A program made the position numbers and the translations under genes. Source: Candidatus Pelagibacter sp. Uisw_104 (GTDB taxonomy: Bacteria > Pseudomonadota > Alphaproteobacteria > Pelagibacterales > Pelagibacteraceae). From it: a DNA stretch of 32,000 nt. The DNA lies in assembly GCF_047727585.1 (NCBI RefSeq), contig NZ_CP159820.1:749623-781622 (forward strand), given 5' to 3'. Of this stretch, positions 29,594 to 32,000 are shown one piece after another; position 1 is the stretch's first letter, and every line of letters begins with the position of its first letter. A model generated the notes under the pieces. That model was not told the DNA's origin. It saw only the letters and a list, made by a program, of their open reading frames with translations, and searched no databases.

Positions 29594-31999
29594 TTAATTT
29601 AACTCTATGTTTAATGCTAATGATTTAATTTCTTTAACTAGAACATTGAACGATTCTGGTATTCCTGATTCAAAATTCTCTTCTCCTTTAACAATTGTTT
29701 CGTATACTTTAACTCTTCCAGCAACGTCGTCTGACTTAACTGTTAAAATTTCTTGTAATGTATACGAGGCTCCATAAGCTTCGAGTGCCCATACTTCCAT
29801 TTCACCAAATCTTTGTCCACCTAACTGAGCTTTACCACCCAAAGGTTGCTGGGTTACAAGACTATAAGGTCCAGTAGATCTTGCATGAATTTTATCTTCA
29901 ACAAGGTGATGAAGTTTTAACATATAGATGATTCCAACTGTTACTGGTCTATCAAACATTTCACCTGTTCTACCATCCCATAAATTAGTTTGGCCAGAAG
30001 TAGGTAATTTAGCTAACTCAAGCATTTCAGACACATCTTTTTCTTTAGCTCCATCAAATACTGGAGTTGAAATTGCTATACCATTTTGTAGATTTTCACA
30101 TAAATCTGCAAATTCAGTCTTGTTTAATTTGTCAATACCTCCATCAAAAACTTCTTTTCCATAAACTGATGTTAAAAAAGATGAAATTTTTTGAGTTTTC
30201 TCAAATTTTTTATTATTTTCATTTACTAATCTTTTAACTTCTTCACCAAATTCTTTACAGGCCCATCCAAGGTGTGTTTCTAAGATTTGACCTACGTTCA
30301 TACGACTTGGAACCCCAAGTGGATTTAATACGATATCAACTGGTCTTCCATCTTCTCTATAAGGCATATCTTCGACAGGTACAATTTTACTAACTACACC
30401 CTTGTTTCCGTGTCTTCCTGACATCTTGTCACCAGGTCTTAATCTTCTTTTAATCGCAACAAAAACTTTTACCATCTTCATCACACTTGGTAATAAATCA
30501 TCACCACTTCTAATTTTTAAAACCTTATCTTCAAATCTTTCTTGAATATCTTGTTTTGCTTGATTATATTGATCTTTTAATTGGGCAATACTTGCTTCAT
30601 CACTAACATTGCCTACTGTTATTTTGAATACATCATTAATACTAATTTTGTTAATTGTCTCAAGATCAAGTTTGGTACCTTCATCTAAATCTTTAATTTT
30701 TTTAGTTAAAGAAGCTCCAGAAAAAATCTGATTAGCTCTTTGCTTTATACTTCTTTCTAAAATTTCTTCCTCTACAATTTTATCTTGTTGAACAATTTCA
30801 ATTTCTGCTCTTTCGATTGTTATGGATCTTTCATCTTTTTCAATACCATGTCTATTGAATACTCTGACATCAACAATTGTTCCACTGCTTCCTCTGGACA
30901 TTTTTAAAGATGTATCAGTTACATCAATTGCTTTTTCACCAAAAATTGATCTTAATAATTTTTCTTCAGGTCCTGATGCTGAATCACCTTTTGGCGTAAC
31001 TTTACCAACCAATATGTCTCCAGCTTTTACTTCAGCGCCAATATAAACGATTCCCGACTCATCTAGATTTTTTAAAGCTTCTTCATTTACATTTGGAATA
31101 TCTCTAGTGATTTCTTCTTCACCTAACTTTGTATCTCTAGCCATAACTTCGTATTCAACGATATGAACTGATGTAAATACATCGTCTGTAACACATCTTT
31201 CTGAAATTAGAATAGAGTCTTCAAAATTGTAACCTTGCCAAGGCATAAATGCTACTGTCACATTTTTTCCAAGCGCTAATTCACCTAGCTTAGTAGACGG
31301 TCCATCAGCAATAATATCACCTGATTTAACTTTATCACCTACTCTAACAAGTGGTTTTTGGTTAATACATGTATTTTGGTTTGATCTTTTAAATTTTTGT
31401 AGGTTATAAATATCTACACCTGATTTTGTGAAATCTGTTTCTTCAGTTGCTTTAATTACAATTCTTTTTCCATCAATTTTATCAACAGTGCCATCACGAT
31501 TAGCAACTATAGTAACACCTGAGTCAAGAGCTACATCACTTTCAATACCAGTACCAACTAATGGAGATTCTGGTTTTAAAAGAGGGACTGCTTGTCTCAT
31601 CATGTTGGATCCCATTAGGGCTCTGTTTGCATCATCATTTTCCAAGAAAGGGATTAGTGATGCTGCTACAGAAACCAACTGTTTGGGTGAAACATCAATG
31701 TAATCAATTTTTTCAGGTCTTGATAAAACGAAGTTTAAGTTTTCTCTGCAAGGAACAAGCTCTTCTAAAATTTTTCCATTCTTATCAAGTTTGGCATTAG
31801 CTTGTGCGATTGTATATTTTGTCTCTTCCATCGCTGATAGATACTCAACTTTATCTTGAACTACACCATTCTGTACTTTTTTATATGGGCTTTCAATAAA
31901 ACCATATTTATTAATCTTAGCATAAGTAGATAGGCTATTAATCAAACCAATATTTGGTCCTTCAGGTGTTTCAATTGGACAAATTCTTCCATAGTGAGT
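29594..31999 (-). CDS. rpoB: DNA-directed RNA polymerase subunit beta (5' part lies beyond the window edge)
   Basis: The frame stays open upstream of the listed TTG at 31945. Translating from 31999 gives [23 protein letters not shown], a conserved RpoB block. Downstream are [26 protein letters not shown] and [47 protein letters not shown]. Confidence 0.98.
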   Translation of the reverse strand, partial: THYGRICPIETPEGPNIGLINSLSTYAKINKYGFIESPYKKVQNGVVQDKVEYLSAMEETKYTIAQANAKLDKNGKILEELVPCRENLNFVLSRPEKIDYIDVSPKQLVSVAASLIPFLENDDANRALMGSNMMRQAVPLLKPESPLVGTGIESDVALDSGVTIVANRDGTVDKIDGKRIVIKATEETDFTKSGVDIYNLQKFKRSNQNTCINQKPLVRVGDKVKSGDIIADGPSTKLGELALGKNVTVAFMPWQGYNFEDSILISERCVTDDVFTSVHIVEYEVMARDTKLGEEEITRDIPNVNEEALKNLDESGIVYIGAEVKAGDILVGKVTPKGDSASGPEEKLLRSIFGEKAIDVTDTSLKMSRGSSGTIVDVRVFNRHGIEKDERSITIERAEIEIVQQDKIVEEEILERSIKQRANQIFSGASLTKKIKDLDEGTKLDLETINKISINDVFKITVGNVSDEASIAQLKDQYNQAKQDIQERFEDKVLKIRSGDDLLPSVMKMVKVFVAIKRRLRPGDKMSGRHGNKGVVSKIVPVEDMPYREDGRPVDIVLNPLGVPSRMNVGQILETHLGWACKEFGEEVKRLVNENNKKFEKTQKISSFLTSVYGKEVFDGGIDKLNKTEFADLCENLQNGIAISTPVFDGAKEKDVSEMLELAKLPTSGQTNLWDGRTGEMFDRPVTVGIIYMLKLHHLVEDKIHARSTGPYSLVTQQPLGGKAQLGGQRFGEMEVWALEAYGASYTLQEILTVKSDDVAGRVKVYETIVKGEENFESGIPESFNVLVKEIKSLALNIELN

Positions 32000-32000
32000 T

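Noticed and set aside
1-32000. Possibility that the window hides a novel defence, mobile or accessory system
   Set aside because: Every sizeable ORF except one 112-aa gene is a recognisable universal housekeeping or translation gene in canonical order. There are no integrases, transposases, direct or inverted terminal repeats, CRISPR-like repeat arrays or tRNA attachment sites. I could see no compositional break by eye.

Overview
No previously undescribed system is visible in this window; it is an ordinary, highly conserved core chromosomal region. The sequence is very AT-rich (roughly 30% G+C by eye, not computed) and extremely gene-dense, with only about 400 bp of 32 kb clearly non-coding. 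The gene order fits a streamlined alphaproteobacterium: secY-adk-rpsM-rpsK-rpoA-rplQ, with no infA, rpmJ or rpsD in the cluster. Together with the tiny spacers, this suggests a SAR11/Pelagibacterales-like genome, but that is inference without a database search.

The left 9.2 kb carries housekeeping genes: topA (5' partial), a 112-aa Lys-rich predicted secreted ORF, a RidA-family gene, ugd, galU, panC, mgtE, lipB and an RluA-family pseudouridine synthase. The right 23 kb is one co-directional minus-strand array. It runs rpoB (partial)-rpoC, then a 175-bp spacer, then rpsL-rpsG-fusA-rpsJ through rplO-secY-adk, then a 55-bp spacer, then rpsM-rpsK-rpoA-rplQ, followed by the pseudouridine synthase gene.

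I found no rRNA or tRNA genes, CRISPR arrays, mobile elements, defence genes or obvious accessory genes. The points worth a second look are modest:
- a retained 175-bp rpoC-rpsL spacer with promoter-like hexamers and a hairpin
- a perfect 15-bp palindrome in the mgtE/lipB divergent spacer
- the one uncharacterised small ORF
- 3'-overlapping convergent gene pairs that leave no room for terminators
- absence of tuf and rpmD from their canonical operon positions
- an A14 homopolymer inside rpsK

All product calls rest on recognisable motifs in the supplied translations plus operon context. No alignments or folding computations were run.
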